Positions 27,860 to 41,900 of a stretch of 64,000 bases of DNA are shown one piece after another. The number at the start of each line of letters is the position of its first letter. The stretch's first letter is position 1. The notes under the pieces were generated by a model that was not told the DNA's origin, ran no database searches, and saw only the letters and a program-made list of their open reading frames with translations. Where the stretch lies: NCBI GenBank assembly GCA_043228905.1, contig JBHGNT010000007.1:62001-126000 (forward strand). The letters run 5' to 3'. A program made the position numbers and the translations under genes. This stretch comes from Azolla caroliniana (taxonomy: Eukaryota > Plantae > Polypodiophyta).

Positions 27860-30800
27860 TTCGTTTCGCATGTTTGAACACAGAAATCCGATATCACACG
27901 AGCCAGGTATAAACATTTTAATTTACTCACTGGCACTTCTCAACTCCATCCTCAAATAAGCTAATTTCCTCATGTCTCTCGACCTTGCTTTCAAAATCGT
28001 GAATTTTTACTTCTATATCATTACTAGCGTTGTTTGCTTCGATTCGCATGTTTGAACACAAAAATCCGATATCACACGAGCAAGGTATGAACATTTTAAT
28101 TTACTGACAAACTCTTCTCCACTACCTCCTCAAATTTGCTAATTTCGTCATGTCTCTCGACCTGAGTTTCAAAATCTTGATTTTTTAATTCTATATTATA
28201 GCTAGCGTTGTTAGCTTCGATTCGCATGTTTGAACACAGAAATCCGATATCACACGAGCCAGATATGAACATTTTAATTTACTGACGCACTCTTTTCTAC
28301 TGCCTCCTCAAAATTTGCTAATTTTCTCATGTCTCTCGACCTGAGTTTCAAAATCTTGATTTTTTAATTCTATATTATGGCTAGCGTTCTTAGCTTCGAT
28401 TCGCATGTTTGAACACAAAAATCCGATATCACAGGAGCCAGGCATGAACATTTTAATTTACTGACATACTCTTCTCCAAAGCCTCCTCAAATAAGCTAAT
28501 TTCCTCATGTCTCTCGACCTGGCTTTCTAAATCTTGAATTTTTACTTCTATATCATAGCTAGGATTGTTAGCTTCGATTCGCATGTTTGAACACAAAAAT
28601 CCGATATCACACGAGCCAGATATGAACATTTTAATTTACTGACACACTCTTCTCCACTACCTCCTCAAATTTGCTAATTTCCTCATGTCTCTCGACCTGA
28701 GTTTCAAAATCTTGATTTTTTAATTTTATATCATAGCTAGCGTTCTTAGCTTCGATTCGCATGTTTGAACACAAAAATCCGATATCACACGAGCGAGGTA
28801 TGAACATTTTAATTTATTGGCACACTCTTCTCCACTACCTCCTCAAATAAGCTTATTTCGTCATGTCTCTCGACCTGAGTTCCAAAACCTTGATTTTTTA
28901 ATTCTATATCATAGCTAGCGTTGTTAGCTTCGTTTCGCATGTTTGAACACAGAAATCCGATATAACACGAGCCAGGTATAAACATTTTAATTTACTCACT
29001 GGCACTTCTCAACTCCATCCTCAAATAAGCTAATTTCCTCATGTCTCTCGACCTAGGTTTTAAAATCTTTAATTTTTAATTGTATATCATAGCTAGCGTT
29101 GTTAGCTTCGATTCGCATGTTTGAACACAAAAATCCGATATCACACGAGCGAGGTATGAACATTTTAATTTATTGACACACTCTTCTCCACTACCTCCTC
29201 AAATAAGCTAATTTCCTCATGTCTCTCGACCTGAGTTTCAAAACCTTGATTTTTTAATTCTATATCATAGCTAGCGTTGTTAGCTTCGTTTCGCATGTTT
29301 GAACACAGAAATCCGATATCACACGAGCAGGTATAAACATTTTAATTTACTCACTGGCACTTCTCAACTCCATCCTCAAATAAGCTAATTTCCTCATGTC
29401 TCTCGACCTGGGTTTCAAAATCTTGATTTTTTAATTCTATATCATAGCTAGCATTGTTAGCTTCGATTCGCATGTTTGAACACAAAAATCCGATATCACA
29501 CGAGCCAGATATGAACATTTTAATTTACTGACACACTCTTCTCCACTACCTCCTCAAATTTGCTAATTTCCTCATGTCTCTCGACCTGAGTTTCAAAATC
29601 TTGATTTTTTTTATTTTATATCATAGGTAGCGTTCTTAGCTTCGATTCGCATGTTTGAACACAAAAATCCGATATCACACGAGCGAGGTATGAACATTTT
29701 AATTTATTGGCACACTCTTCTCCACTACCTCCTCAAATAAGCTAATTTCGTCATGTCTCTCGACCTGAGTTCCAAAACCTTGATTTTTTAATTCTATATC
29801 ATAGCTAGCATTGTTAGCTTCGTTTCGCATGTTTGAACACAGAAATCCGATATCACACGAGCCAGGTATAAACATTTTAATTTACTCACTGGCACTTCTC
29901 AACTCCATCCTCAAATAAGCTAATTTCCTCATGTCTCTCGACCTTGCTTTCAAAATCGTGAATTTTTACTTCTATATCATTACTAGCGTTGTTTGCTTCG
30001 ATTCGCATGTTTGAACACAAAAATCCGATATCACACGAGCAAGGTATGAACATTTTAATTTACTGACAAACTCTTCTCCACTACCTCCTCAAATTTGCTA
30101 ATTTCGTCATGTCTCTCGACCTGAGTTTCAAAATCTTGATTTTTTAATTCTATATTATAGCTAGCGTTGTTAGCTTCGATTCGCATGTTTGAACACAGAA
30201 ATCCGATATCACACGAGCCAGATATGAACATTTTAATTTACTGACGCACTCTTTTCTACTGCCTCCTCAAAATTTGCTAATTTTCTCATGTCTCTCGACC
30301 TGAGTTTCAAAATCTTGATTTTTTAATTCTATATTATGGCTAGCGTTCTTAGCTTCGATTCGCATGTTTGAACACAAAAATCCGATATCACAGGAGCCAG
30401 GCATGAACATTTTAATTTACTGACATACTCTTCTCCAAAGCCTCCTCAAATAAGCTAATTTCCTCATGTCTCTCGACCTGGCTTTCTAAATCTTGAATTT
30501 TTACTTCTATATCATAGCTAGGATTGTTAGCTTCGATTCGCATGTTTGAACACAAAAATCCGATATCACACGAGCCAGATATGAACATTTTAATTTACTG
30601 ACACACTCTTCTCCACTACCTCCTCAAATTTGCTAATTTCCTCATGTCTCTCGACCTGAGTTTCAAAATCTTGATTTTTTAATTTTATATCATAGCTAGC
30701 GTTCTTAGCTTCGATTCGCATGTTTGAACACAAAAATCCGATATCACACGAGCGAGGTATGAACATTTTAATTTATTGGCACACTCTTCTCCACTACCTC

Positions 30801-31910
30801 CTCAAATAAGCTTATTTCGTCATGTCTCTCGACCTGAGTTCCAAAACCTTGATTTTTTAATTCTATATCATAGCTAGCGTTGTTAGCTTCGTTTCGCATG
30901 TTTGAACACAGAAATCCGATATAACACGAGCCAGGTATAAACATTTTAATTTACTCACTGGCACTTCTCAACTCCATCCTCAAATAAGCTAATTTCCTCA
31001 TGTCTCTCGACCTAGGTTTTAAAATCTTTAATTTTTAATTGTATATCATAGCTAGCGTTGTTAGCTTCGATTCGCATGTTTGAACACAAAAATCCGATAT
31101 CACACGAGCGAGGTATGAACATTTTAATTTATTGACACACTCTTCTCCACTACCTCCTCAAATAAGCTAATTTCCTCATGTCTCTCGACCTGAGTTTCAA
31201 AACCTTGATTTTTTAATTCTATATCATAGCTAGCGTTGTTAGCTTCGTTTCGCATGTTTGAACACAGAAATCCGATATCACACGAGCAGGTATAAACATT
31301 TTAATTTACTCACTGGCACTTCTCAACTCCATCCTCAAATAAGCTAATTTCCTCATGTCTCTCGACCTGGGTTTCAAAATCTTGATTTTTTAATTCTATA
31401 TCATAGCTAGCATTGTTAGCTTCGATTCGCATGTTTGAACACAAAAATCCGATATCACACGAGCCAGATATGAACATTTTAATTTACTGACACACTCTTC
31501 TCCACTACCTCCTCAAATTTGCTAATTTCCTCATGTCTCTCGACCTGAGTTTCAAAATCTTGATTTTTTTTATTTTATATCATAGGTAGCGTTCTTAGCT
31601 TCGATTCGCATGTTTGAACACAAAAATCCGATATCACACGAGCGAGGTATGAACATTTTAATTTATTGGCACACTCTTCTCCACTACCTCCTCAAATAAG
31701 CTAATTTCGTCATGTCTCTCGACCTGAGTTCCAAAACCTTGATTTTTTAATTCTATATCATAGCTAGCATTGTTAGCTTCGTTTCGCATGTTTGAACACA
31801 GAAATCCGATATCACACGAGCCAGGTATAAACATTTTAATTTACTCACTGGCACTTCTCAACTCCATCCTCAAATAAGCTAATTTCCTCATGTCTCTCGA
31901 CCTTGCTTTC
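27860..31910. repeat. 11-monomer HOR (1959 bp), two copies; repeated at about 45800-49850
   Basis: Private variants ACTGACAAAC (28103/30062), GACGCAC, GGCATGAAC, GAGCAGG and ATAGGTAG all recur at offset 1959. Confidence 0.88.
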
Positions 31911-34560
31911 AAAATCTCGAAATTTTACTTCTATATCATTGCTAGCGTTGTTAGCTTCGATTCGCATGTTTGAACACAAAAATCCGATATCACACGAGCG
32001 AGGTATGAACATTTTAATTTACTGACACACTCTTCTCCACTACCTCCTCAAAATTTGCTAATTTCCTCATGTCTCTCGACCTGAGTTTCAAAATCTTGAT
32101 TTTTTAATTCCATATCATAGCTAGCGTTGTTAGCTTCGTTTCGCATGTTTGAACACAGAAATCCGAAATCACACGAGCCTGGTATGAACATTTTAATTTA
32201 CTCACTGGCTCTTCTCAACTCCATCATCAAATAAGCTAATTTCCTCATGTCTCTCGACCTGGGTTTCAAAATCTTGATTTTTTAATTCTATATCATAGCT
32301 AGCATTGTTTGCTTCGATTCGCATGTTTGAACACAAAAATCCGATATCACAAGAGCCAGGTATGAACATTTTAATTTACTGACACACTCTTCTGCACTAC
32401 CTCCTCAAATTTGCTACTTTCCTCATGTCTGTCGACCTGAGGTTCAAAATCTTGATTTTTTAATTCTATATTATAGCTAGCGTTGTTAGCTTCGTTTCAC
32501 ATGTTTGAACACAGAAATCCGATATCACACGAGCCAGGTATGAACATTTTAATTTACTGACACACTCTTCTCCACTACCTCCTCAAATTTGCTAATTTCC
32601 TCATGTCTCTCGACCTGAGTTTCAAAATCTTGATTTTTTAATACTATATCATAGCTAGCGTTGTAAGTTTCGTTTCGCATGTTTGAACACAGAAATCTGA
32701 TATCACACGAGCCAGGTATGAACATTTTAATTTACTCACTAGTTCTTCTCAACTCTATCCTCAAATAAGCTAATTTCCTCATGTCTCTCGACCTTGCTTT
32801 CAAAATCTGGAATTTTTACTTCTATCATAGCTAGCGTTGTTAGCTTCGATTCGCATGTTTGAACACAAAAATCCGATATCACACGAGCCAGGTATGAACA
32901 TTTTAATTTACTGACACACTCTTCTCCACTACCTCCCCAAATTTGCTAATTTCCTCATGTCTCTCGACCTGAGTTTCAAAATCATGATTTTTTAATTCTA
33001 TATCATAGCTAGCGTTGTTAGCTTCGATTCACATGTTTGAACACAAAAATCCGATATCACACGAGCCAGGTATGAACATTTTAATTTATTGACATACTCT
33101 TCTCCACTACCTCCTCAAATAAGCTAATTTCGTCATGTCTCTCGACCTAAGTTCCAAAACCTTGATTTTTTAATTCTATATCATAGCTAGCGTTGTTAGC
33201 TTCGTTTCGCATGTTTGAAGACAGAAATCCGATATCACACGAGCCAGGTATAAACATTTTAATTTACTCATTGGCACTTCTCAACTCCATCCTAAAATAA
33301 TCTAATTTCCTCATGTCTCTCGACCTTGCTTTCAAAATCTTGAATTTTTACTTCTATATCATTGCTAGCGTTGTTAGCCTCGATTCGCATGTTTGAACAC
33401 AAAAATCCGATATCACACGAGCCAGGTATGAACATTTTAATTTACTGACACACTCTTGTCCACTACCTCCTCAAATTTGCTAATTTCCTCATGTACCTCG
33501 ACCTGAGTTTCAAAATCTTGATTTTTTAATTCTATATTATGGCTAGCGTTCTTAGCTTCGATTCGCATGTTTGAACACAAAAATCCGATATCACAGGAGC
33601 CAGGTATGAATATTTTAATTTACTGACATACTCTTCTCCAAAGCCTCCTCAAATTTGCTAATTTCCTCATGTCTCTCGACCTGGCTTTCAAAATCTTGAA
33701 TTTTTACTTCTATATCATAGCTAGGATTGTTAGCTTCGATTCGCATGTTTGAACACAAAAATCTGATATCACACGAGCCAGATATGAACATTTTAATTTA
33801 CTGACACACTCTTCTCCACTACCTCCTCAAATTTGCTAATTTCCTCATGTCTCTCGACCTGAGTTTCAAAATCTTGATTTTTTAATTCTATATCATAGCT
33901 GACGTTGTTTGCTTCGATTCGCATGTTTGAATACAAAAATCCGATATCACACGAGCCAGATATGAACATTTTAATTTACTGACACACTCTTCTCCACTAC
34001 CTCCTCAAATTTGATAATTTCCTCATGTCTCTCGACCTGAGTTTCAAAATCTTGATTTTTTAATTCTATATCATAGCTAGCGTTGTTAGCTTCGTTTCGC
34101 ATGTTTGAACACAGAAATCCGATATCACACGAGCCAGGTATAAACATTTTAATTTACTGACACACTCTTCTCCACTACCTCCTCAAATTTGCTAATTTCC
34201 TCATGTCTCTCGACCTGAGTTTCAAAATTTTGATTTTTTAATTCTATATTATGGCTAGCATTGTTAGCTTCGATTCGCATGTTTGAACACAAAAATCCGA
34301 TATCACAGGAGCAAGGTATGAACATTTTAATTTACTGACATACTCTTCTCCAAAGCCTTCTCAAATTTGCTAATTTCCTCATGTCTCTCGACCTGAGTTT
34401 CAAAATCTTGAATTTTTAAGTCTATATTATAGCTAGCGTTGTTAGCTTCGATTCGCATGTTTGAACACAAAAATCCGATATCACACGAGCGAGGTATGAA
34501 CATTTTAATTTACTGACACACTCTTCTCCACTGCCTCCTCAAATTTGCTAATTTCCTCAT

Positions 34561-34836
34561 ATATTTACAAGAAGATGATTTCAACCAATAGTTACAAAGG
34601 GGGGAGAAGAGGGTGCTTATAAGGTCGCCCTCTCTCAACATTCTCTCACTAAAATGACCTCTCGGGAAGGGGGGGAATTTTAACAAACTCATTAACTATG
34701 TGTCATAAGAGTTACATTGTATGACACATTAATTATTGTTACATAGTGGTGGTATGTTCAGACACTTGCATATTCTTAAGGTGTGTTCACACCCTAGAGT
34801 AAGTTGAGTTTGAGTCTCAACACGCCCCTTCAAGCT
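34561..34836 (-). mobile_element. Truncated Ty1/copia-like 3' LTR with polypurine tract (duplicated copy)
   Basis: The minus strand reads AGCTTGAAGGGGCG (PPT-like, 34836-34823), then TGTTGAG (LTR start at 34822), later a TATA-like CTTATAAG and TTTGTAA. It is cut off by satellite at 34560 with no terminal CA. This is motif-level evidence only. Confidence 0.5.
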
Positions 34837-35975
34837 CAACTTTCGGTGTCGGAAAGTTGGCACTTGAGCCTCAAAAGGATTATGTCTTAATTCTTTAGAT
34901 TGCTTATACACTTGAGCCTCAAAAGAATTATATCTTAATTCTTCACATTGTAGGATAGTGTGAGGGTTAGTAATTGAGGTTGATCTTCCACTTTCTCATT
35001 CAACATTGTGGCACTGAAGCTACAATCAAGGTATGAATTCATAAGCATCTTTATAGCCTATTCATGAAACAAAGCCGCCACATCATGTGTCATGGAATAG
35101 CTTGAGCATGGAAGAATGAAGGTCAAAAGAAGTTAGACAAAGAGAAGAAGCAAAAACTTGACACAAGGAATATGCAAATGGGAAGTTCTTATGTCCTTAG
35201 AGTGAACCTTGATAGAACTAACTTCATATGTTGGAAATACAATATCCACCCATTCCTGTGTTGAGCAAGGGCATCGAGCGACTTTTATGTCAAAAAAAAT
35301 TATTACATGCCAAATCCACACCAAATAGCAACAAGAGGGCCAACATTGTTCACATGCTTGGCTAAGAGATGTACAAGCTTTGCAAATGAAAACTTATAAA
35401 GACTATGTTCTCACTATAAACATTGGCATGTAATGTCTTGGGGAACATTGAACTCTGTCACCATTTTGTTGGTCTACTTCTGTTGGCGGTGTGGTGCTCA
35501 TGTTCTAATCTACCTTCTACTATAGCAACAATGTTTTTGAAACCAAAACAATACATGACAAAATCATCCTCTCGTCTAATATTATGGCACTAGAAAATTA
35601 GATCATTTAAAAATTGTTTCAATCTACATGGTGTATATTCTTGATGACAAATATGTTTAACTTACTCTTGCATTTAGTGGGGTGACAAATATACCATCAA
35701 ATATATACTGTACTAAATCACTATTAGAATATGAAAGATTAGAAAGAATAAACATTAATATAAATAACAAATATATCATAAATAAATAAAACGAGAATAA
35801 ATCATGTAACCACCTATTATTGTGACTTTTGTACACAATGACAGTACAACACATTCAAGTGAGATTTGTACACAATGAATGCTCCCACGATTAACTTCCC
35901 TTTAAAATGTAGCATCTACCATGATCATAATGTAGTCTCTCTTTTATCATCAAATTAAGTTACATATATCCAATT
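34561..35975. other. 1.4-kb non-satellite island inside the array, a duplicate of the unique flank at 52500-53914
   Basis: ATATTTACAAGAAGATG...CATATATCCAATT matches 52500-53914 by eye, with four identical short ORFs at offset 17939. No target-site duplication or terminal repeats bound it. Confidence 0.95.
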
Positions 35976-38900
35976 TTACTTCTATATCATTGCTAGCGTT
36001 GTTTGCTTCGATTCGCATGTTTGAACACAAAAATCCGATATCACACGAGCGAGGTATGAACATTTTAATTTACTGACACACTCTTCTCCACTACCTCCTC
36101 AAATTTGCTAATTTCCTCATGTCTCTCGACTTGAGTTTCAAAATCTTGATTATTTATTTCCATATCATAGCTAGCGTTGTTAGCTTCGATTCGCATGTTT
36201 GAACACAAAAATCCGATATCACACGAGCGAGGTATGAACATTTTAATTAATTGACACACTCTTCTCCACTACCTCCTCAAATAAGCTAATTTCCTCATGT
36301 CTCTCGACCTGAGTTTCAAAACCTTGAATTTTTAATTCTATATCATAGCTAGCGTTGTTAGCTTCGTTTCGCATGTTTGAACACAGAAATCCGATATCAC
36401 ACGAGCCAGGTATAAACATTTTAATTTACTCACTGGCACTTCTCAACTCCATCCTCAAATAAGCTAATTTCCTCATGTCTCTCGACCTTGCTTTCAAAAT
36501 CGTGAATTTTTACTTCTATATCATTGCTAGCGTTGTTTGCTTCGATTCGCATGTTTGAACACAAAAATCCGATATCACACGAGCGAGGTATGAACATTTT
36601 AATTTACTGACACACTCTTCTCCACTACCTCCTCAAAATTTGCTAATTTCCTCATGTCTCTCGACTTGAGTTTCAAAATCTTGATTATTTATTTCCATAT
36701 CATTGCTAGCGTTGTTTGCTTCGATTCGCATGTTTGAACACAAAAATCCGATATCACACGAGCGAGGTATGAACATTTTAATTTACTGACACACTCTTCT
36801 CCACTACCTCCTCAAATTTGCTAATTTCCTCATGTCTCTCGACTTGAGTTTCAAAATCTTGATTATTTATTTCCATATCATAGCTAGCGTTGTTAGCTTC
36901 GATTCGCATGTTTGAACACAAAAATCCGATATCACACGAGCGAGGTATGAACATTTTAATTAATTGACACACTCTTCTCCACTACCTCCTCAAATAAGCT
37001 AATTTCCTCATGTCTCTCGACCTGAGTTTCAAAACCTTGAATTTTTAATTCTATATCATAGCTAGCGTTGTTAGCTTCGTTTCGCATGTTTGAACACAGA
37101 AATCCGATATCACACGAGCCAGGTATAAACATTTTAATTTACTCACTGCCACTTCTCAACTCCATCCTCAAATAAGCTAATTTCCTCATGTCTCTCGACC
37201 TTGCTTTCAAAATCGTGAATTTTTACTTCTATATCATTGCTAGCGTTGTTTGCTTCGATTCGCATGTTTGAACACAAAAATCCGATATCACACGAGCGAG
37301 GTATGAACATTTTAATTTACTGACACACTCTTCTCCACTACCTCCTCAAATTTGCTAATTTCCTCATGTCTCTCGACTTGAGTTTCAAAATCTTGATTAT
37401 TTATTTCCATATCATAGCTAGCGTTGTTAGCTTCGATTCGCATGTTTGAACGCAAAAATCCGATATCACAAGAGCCAGGTATGAACATTTTAATTTACTG
37501 ACACACTCTTCTCCACTACCTCCTCAAATTTGCTAATTTCCTCATGTCTCTCGACCTGAGTTTCAAAATCTTGATTTTTTAATTTTATATCATAGCTAGC
37601 GTTGTTAGCTTCGATTCGCATGTTTGAACACAAAAATCCGATATCACACGAGCGAGGTATGAACATTTTAATTAATTGACACACTCTTCTCCACTACCTC
37701 CTCAAATAAGCTAATTTCCTCATGTCTCTCGACCTGAGTTTCAAAACCTTGAATTTTTAATTCTATATCATAGCTAGCGTTGTTAGCTTCGTTTCGCATG
37801 TTTGAACACAGAAATCCGATATCACACGAGCCAGGTATAAACATTTTAATTTACTCACTGGCACTTCTCAACTCCATCCTCAAATAAGCTAATTTCCTCA
37901 TGTCTCTCGACCTGGGTTTCAAAATCTTGATTTTTTAATTCTATATCATAGCTAGCATTGTTTGCTTCGATTCGCATGTTTGAACACAAAAATCCGATAT
38001 CACACGAGCAAGGTATGAACATTTTAATTTACTGACACACTCTTCTCCACTACCTCCTCAAATTTGCTAATTTCCTCATGTCTCTCGACTTGAGTTTCAA
38101 AATCTTGATTTTTTATTTCCATATCATAGCTAGCGTTGTTAGCTTCGTTTCGCATGTTTGAACAGAGAAATCCGAAATCACACGAGCCAGGTATGAACAT
38201 TTTAATTTACTCACTGGCTCTTCTCAACTCCATCTTCAAATAAGCTAATTTCCTCATGTCTCTCGACCTGGGTTTCAAAATCTTGATTTTTTAATTCTAT
38301 ATCATAGCTAGCATTGTTAGCTTCGCTTCGCATGTTTGAACGCAAAAATCCGATATCACAAGAGCCAGGTATGAACATTTTAATTTACTGACACACTCTT
38401 CTCCACTACCTCCTCAAATTTGCTAATTTCCTCATGTCTCTCGACCTGAGTTTCAAAATATTGATTTTTTAATTTTATATCATAGCTAGCGTTCTTAGCT
38501 TCGATTCGCATGTTTGAACACAAAAATCCGATATCACACGAGCGAGGTATGAACATTTTAATTTATTGGCACACTCTTCTCCACTACCTCCTCAAATAAG
38601 CTAATTTCGTCATGTCTCTCGACCTGAGTTCCAAAACCTTGATTTTTTAATTCTATATCATAGCTAGCGTTGTTAGCTTCGTTTCGCATGTTTGAACACA
38701 GAAATCCGATATCACACGAGCCAGGTATAAACATTTTAATTTACTCACTGGCACTTCTCAACTCCATCCTCAAATAAGCTAATTTCCTCATGTCTCTCGA
38801 CCTTGCTTTCAAAATCTCGAAATTTTACTTCTATATCATTGCTAGCGTTGTTAGCTTCGATTCGCATGTTTGAACACAAAAATCCGATATCACACGAGCG

Positions 38901-41900
38901 AGGTATGAACATTTTAATTTACTGACACACTCTTCTCCACTACCTCCTCAAATTTGCTAATTTCCTCATGTCTCTCGACTTGAGTTTCAAAATCTTGATT
39001 ATTTATTTCCATATCATAGCTAGCGTTGTTAGCTTCGTTTCGCATGTTTGAACAGAGAAATCCGAAATCACACGAGCCAGGTATGAACATTTTAATTTAC
39101 TCACTGGCTCTTCTCAACTCCATTATCAAATAAGCTAATTTCCTCATGTCTCTCGACCTGGGTTTCAAAATCTTGATTTTTTAATTCTATATCATACCTA
39201 GCATTGTTAGCTTCGATTCGCATGTTTGAACGCAAAAATCCGATATCACAAGAGCCAGGTATGAACATTTTAATTTACTGACACACTCTTCTCCACTACC
39301 TCCTCAAATTTGCTAATTTCCTCATGTCTCTCGACCTGAGTTTCAAAATCTTGATTTTTTAATTTTATATCATAGCTAGCGTTGTTAGCTTCGATTCGCA
39401 TGTTTGAACACAAAAATCCGATATCACACGAGCGAGGTATGAACATTTTAATTAATTGACACACTCTTCTCCACTACCTCCTCAAATAAGCTAATTTCCT
39501 CATGTCTCTCGACCTGAGTTTCAAAACCTTGAATTTTTAATTCTATATCATAGCTAGCGTTGTTAGCTTCGTTTCGCATGTTTGAACACAGAAATCCGAT
39601 ATCACACGAGCCAGGTATAAACATTTTAATTTACTCACTGGCTCTTCTCAACTCCATTATCAAATAAGCTAATTTCCTCATGTCTCTCGACCTGGGTTTC
39701 AAAATCTTGATTTTTTAATTCTATATCATACCTAGCATTGTTAGCTTCGATTCGCATGTTTGAACGCAAAAATCCGATATCACAAGAGCCAGGTATGAAC
39801 ATTTTAATTTACTGACACACTCTTCTCCACTACCTCCTCAAATTTGCTAATTTCCTCATGTCTCTCGACCTGAGTTTCAAAATCTTGATTTTTTAATTTT
39901 ATATCATAGCTAGCGTTGTTAGCTTCGATTCGCATGTTTGAACACAAAAATCCGATATCACACGAGCGACGTATGAACATTTTAATTAATTGACACACTC
40001 TTCTCCACTACCTCCTCAAATAAGCTAATTTCCTCATGTCTCTCGACCTGAGTTTCAAAACCTTGAATTTTTAATTCTATATCATAGCTAGCGTTGTTAG
40101 CTTCGTTTCGCATGTTTGAACACAGAAATCCGATATCACACGAGCCAGGTATAAACATTTTAATTTACTCACTGGCACTTCTCAACTCCATCCTCAAATA
40201 AGCTAATTTCCTCATGTCTCTCGACCTGGGTTTCAAAATCTTGATTTTTTAATTCTATATCATAGCTAGCATTGTTTGCTTCGATTCGCATGTTTGAACA
40301 CAAAAATCCGATATCACACGAGCAAGGTATGAACATTTTAATTTACTGACACACTCTTCTCCACTACCTCCTCAAATTTGCTAATTTCCTCATGTCTCTC
40401 GACTTGAGTTTCAAAATCTTGATTTTTTATTTCCATATCATAGCTAGCGTTGTTAGCTTCGTTTCGCATGTTTGAACAGAGAAATCCGAAATCACACGAG
40501 CCAGGTATGAACATTTTAATTTACTCACTGGCTCTTCTCAACTCCATCTTCAAATAAGCTAATTTCCTCATGTCTCTCGACCTGGGTTTCAAAATCTTGA
40601 TTTTTTAATTCTATATCATAGCTAGCATTGTTAGCTTCGCTTCGCATGTTTGAACGCAAAAATCCGATATCACAAGAGCCAGGTATGAACATTTTAATTT
40701 ACTGACACACTCTTCTCCACTACCTCCTCAAATTTGCTAATTTCCTCATGTCTCTCGACCTGAGTTTCAAAATATTGATTTTTTAATTTTATATCATAGC
40801 TAGCGTTCTTAGCTTCGATTCGCATGTTTGAACACAAAAATCCGATATCACACGAGCGAGGTATGAACATTTTAATTTATTGGCACACTCTTCTCCACTA
40901 CCTCCTCAAATAAGCTAATTTCGTCATGTCTCTCGACCTGAGTTCCAAAACCTTGATTTTTTAATTCTATATCATAGCTAGCGTTGTTAGCTTCGTTTCG
41001 CATGTTTGAACACAGAAATCCGATATCACACGAGCCAGGTATAAACATTTTAATTTACTCACTGGCACTTCTCAACTCCATCCTCAAATAAGCTAATTTC
41101 CTCATGTCTCTCGACCTTGCTTTCAAAATCTCGAAATTTTACTTCTATATCATTGCTAGCGTTGTTAGCTTCGATTCGCATGTTTGAACACAAAAATCCG
41201 ATATCACACGAGCGAGGTATGAACATTTTAATTTACTGACACACTCTTCTCCACTACCTCCTCAAATTTGCTAATTTCCTCATGTCTCTCGACTTGAGTT
41301 TCAAAATCTTGATTATTTATTTCCATATCATAACTAGCGTTGTTAGCTTCGTTTCGCATGTTTGAACAGAGAAATCCGAAATCACACGAGCCAGGTATGA
41401 ACATTTTAATTTACTCACTGGCTCTTCTCAACTCCATTATCAAATAAGCTAATTTCCTCATGTCTCTCGACCTGGGTTTCAAAATCTTGATTTTTTAATT
41501 CTATATCATACCTAGCATTGTTAGCTTCGATTCGCATGTTTGAACGCAAAAATCCGATATCACAAGAGCCAGGTATGAACATTTTAATTTACTGACACAC
41601 TCTTCTCCACTACCTCCTCAAATTTGCTAATTTCCTCATGTCTCTCGACCTGAGTTTCAAAATCTTGATTTTTTAATTTTATATCATAGCTAGCGTTGTT
41701 AGCTTCGATTCGCATGTTTGAACACAAAAATCCGATATCACACGAGCGAGGTATGAACATTTTAATTAATTGACACACTCTTCTCCACTACCTCCTCAAA
41801 TAAGCTAATTTCGTCATGTCTCTCGACCTGAGTTTCAAAACCTTGAATTTTTAATTCTATATCATAGCTAGCGTTGTTAGCTTCGTTTCGCATGTTTGAA

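Larger units (their letters stand above)
1..34560. repeat. 178-bp tandem satellite array, block 1 (about 194 monomers, runs off the left window edge); centromeric/pericentromeric-type satellite
   Basis: Monomer AACATTTTAATTTACTGACACACTCTTCTCCACTACCTCCTCAAATTTGCTAATTTCCTCATGTCTCTCGACCTGAGTTTCAAAATCTTGATTTTTTAATTCTATATCATAGCTAGCGTTGTTAGCTTCGATTCGCATGTTTGAACACAAAAATCCGATATCACACGAGCCAGGTATG recurs at 1, 179, 357 and so on, all in one orientation. It ends mid-monomer at ...TTTCCTCAT (34560). Centromeric function is not demonstrable from sequence. Confidence 0.98.
20348..35975. repeat. Large tandem segmental duplication, copy 1 (satellite plus 1.4 kb of flank)
   Basis: Diagnostic variants recur at offset 15624 (GAGCGACGT 24346/39970; ORFs 20441/36065) and later at offset 17939 (CTCTCGCC 26379/44318; array end 34560/52499; the unique island). 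Confidence 0.9.

Noticed and set aside
35133-35324. ORF segment CSTQEWVDIVF as a copia RNase H remnant
   Set aside because: The resemblance is too weak, and no other RT or RNase H motifs lie nearby.
34561-35975. Island as a transposon inserted in the array, or the two copies as paired LTRs of one element
   Set aside because: There is no TSD or terminal motif, the satellite phase is discontinuous across it, and the second copy continues into unique DNA. Tandem duplication explains it fully.
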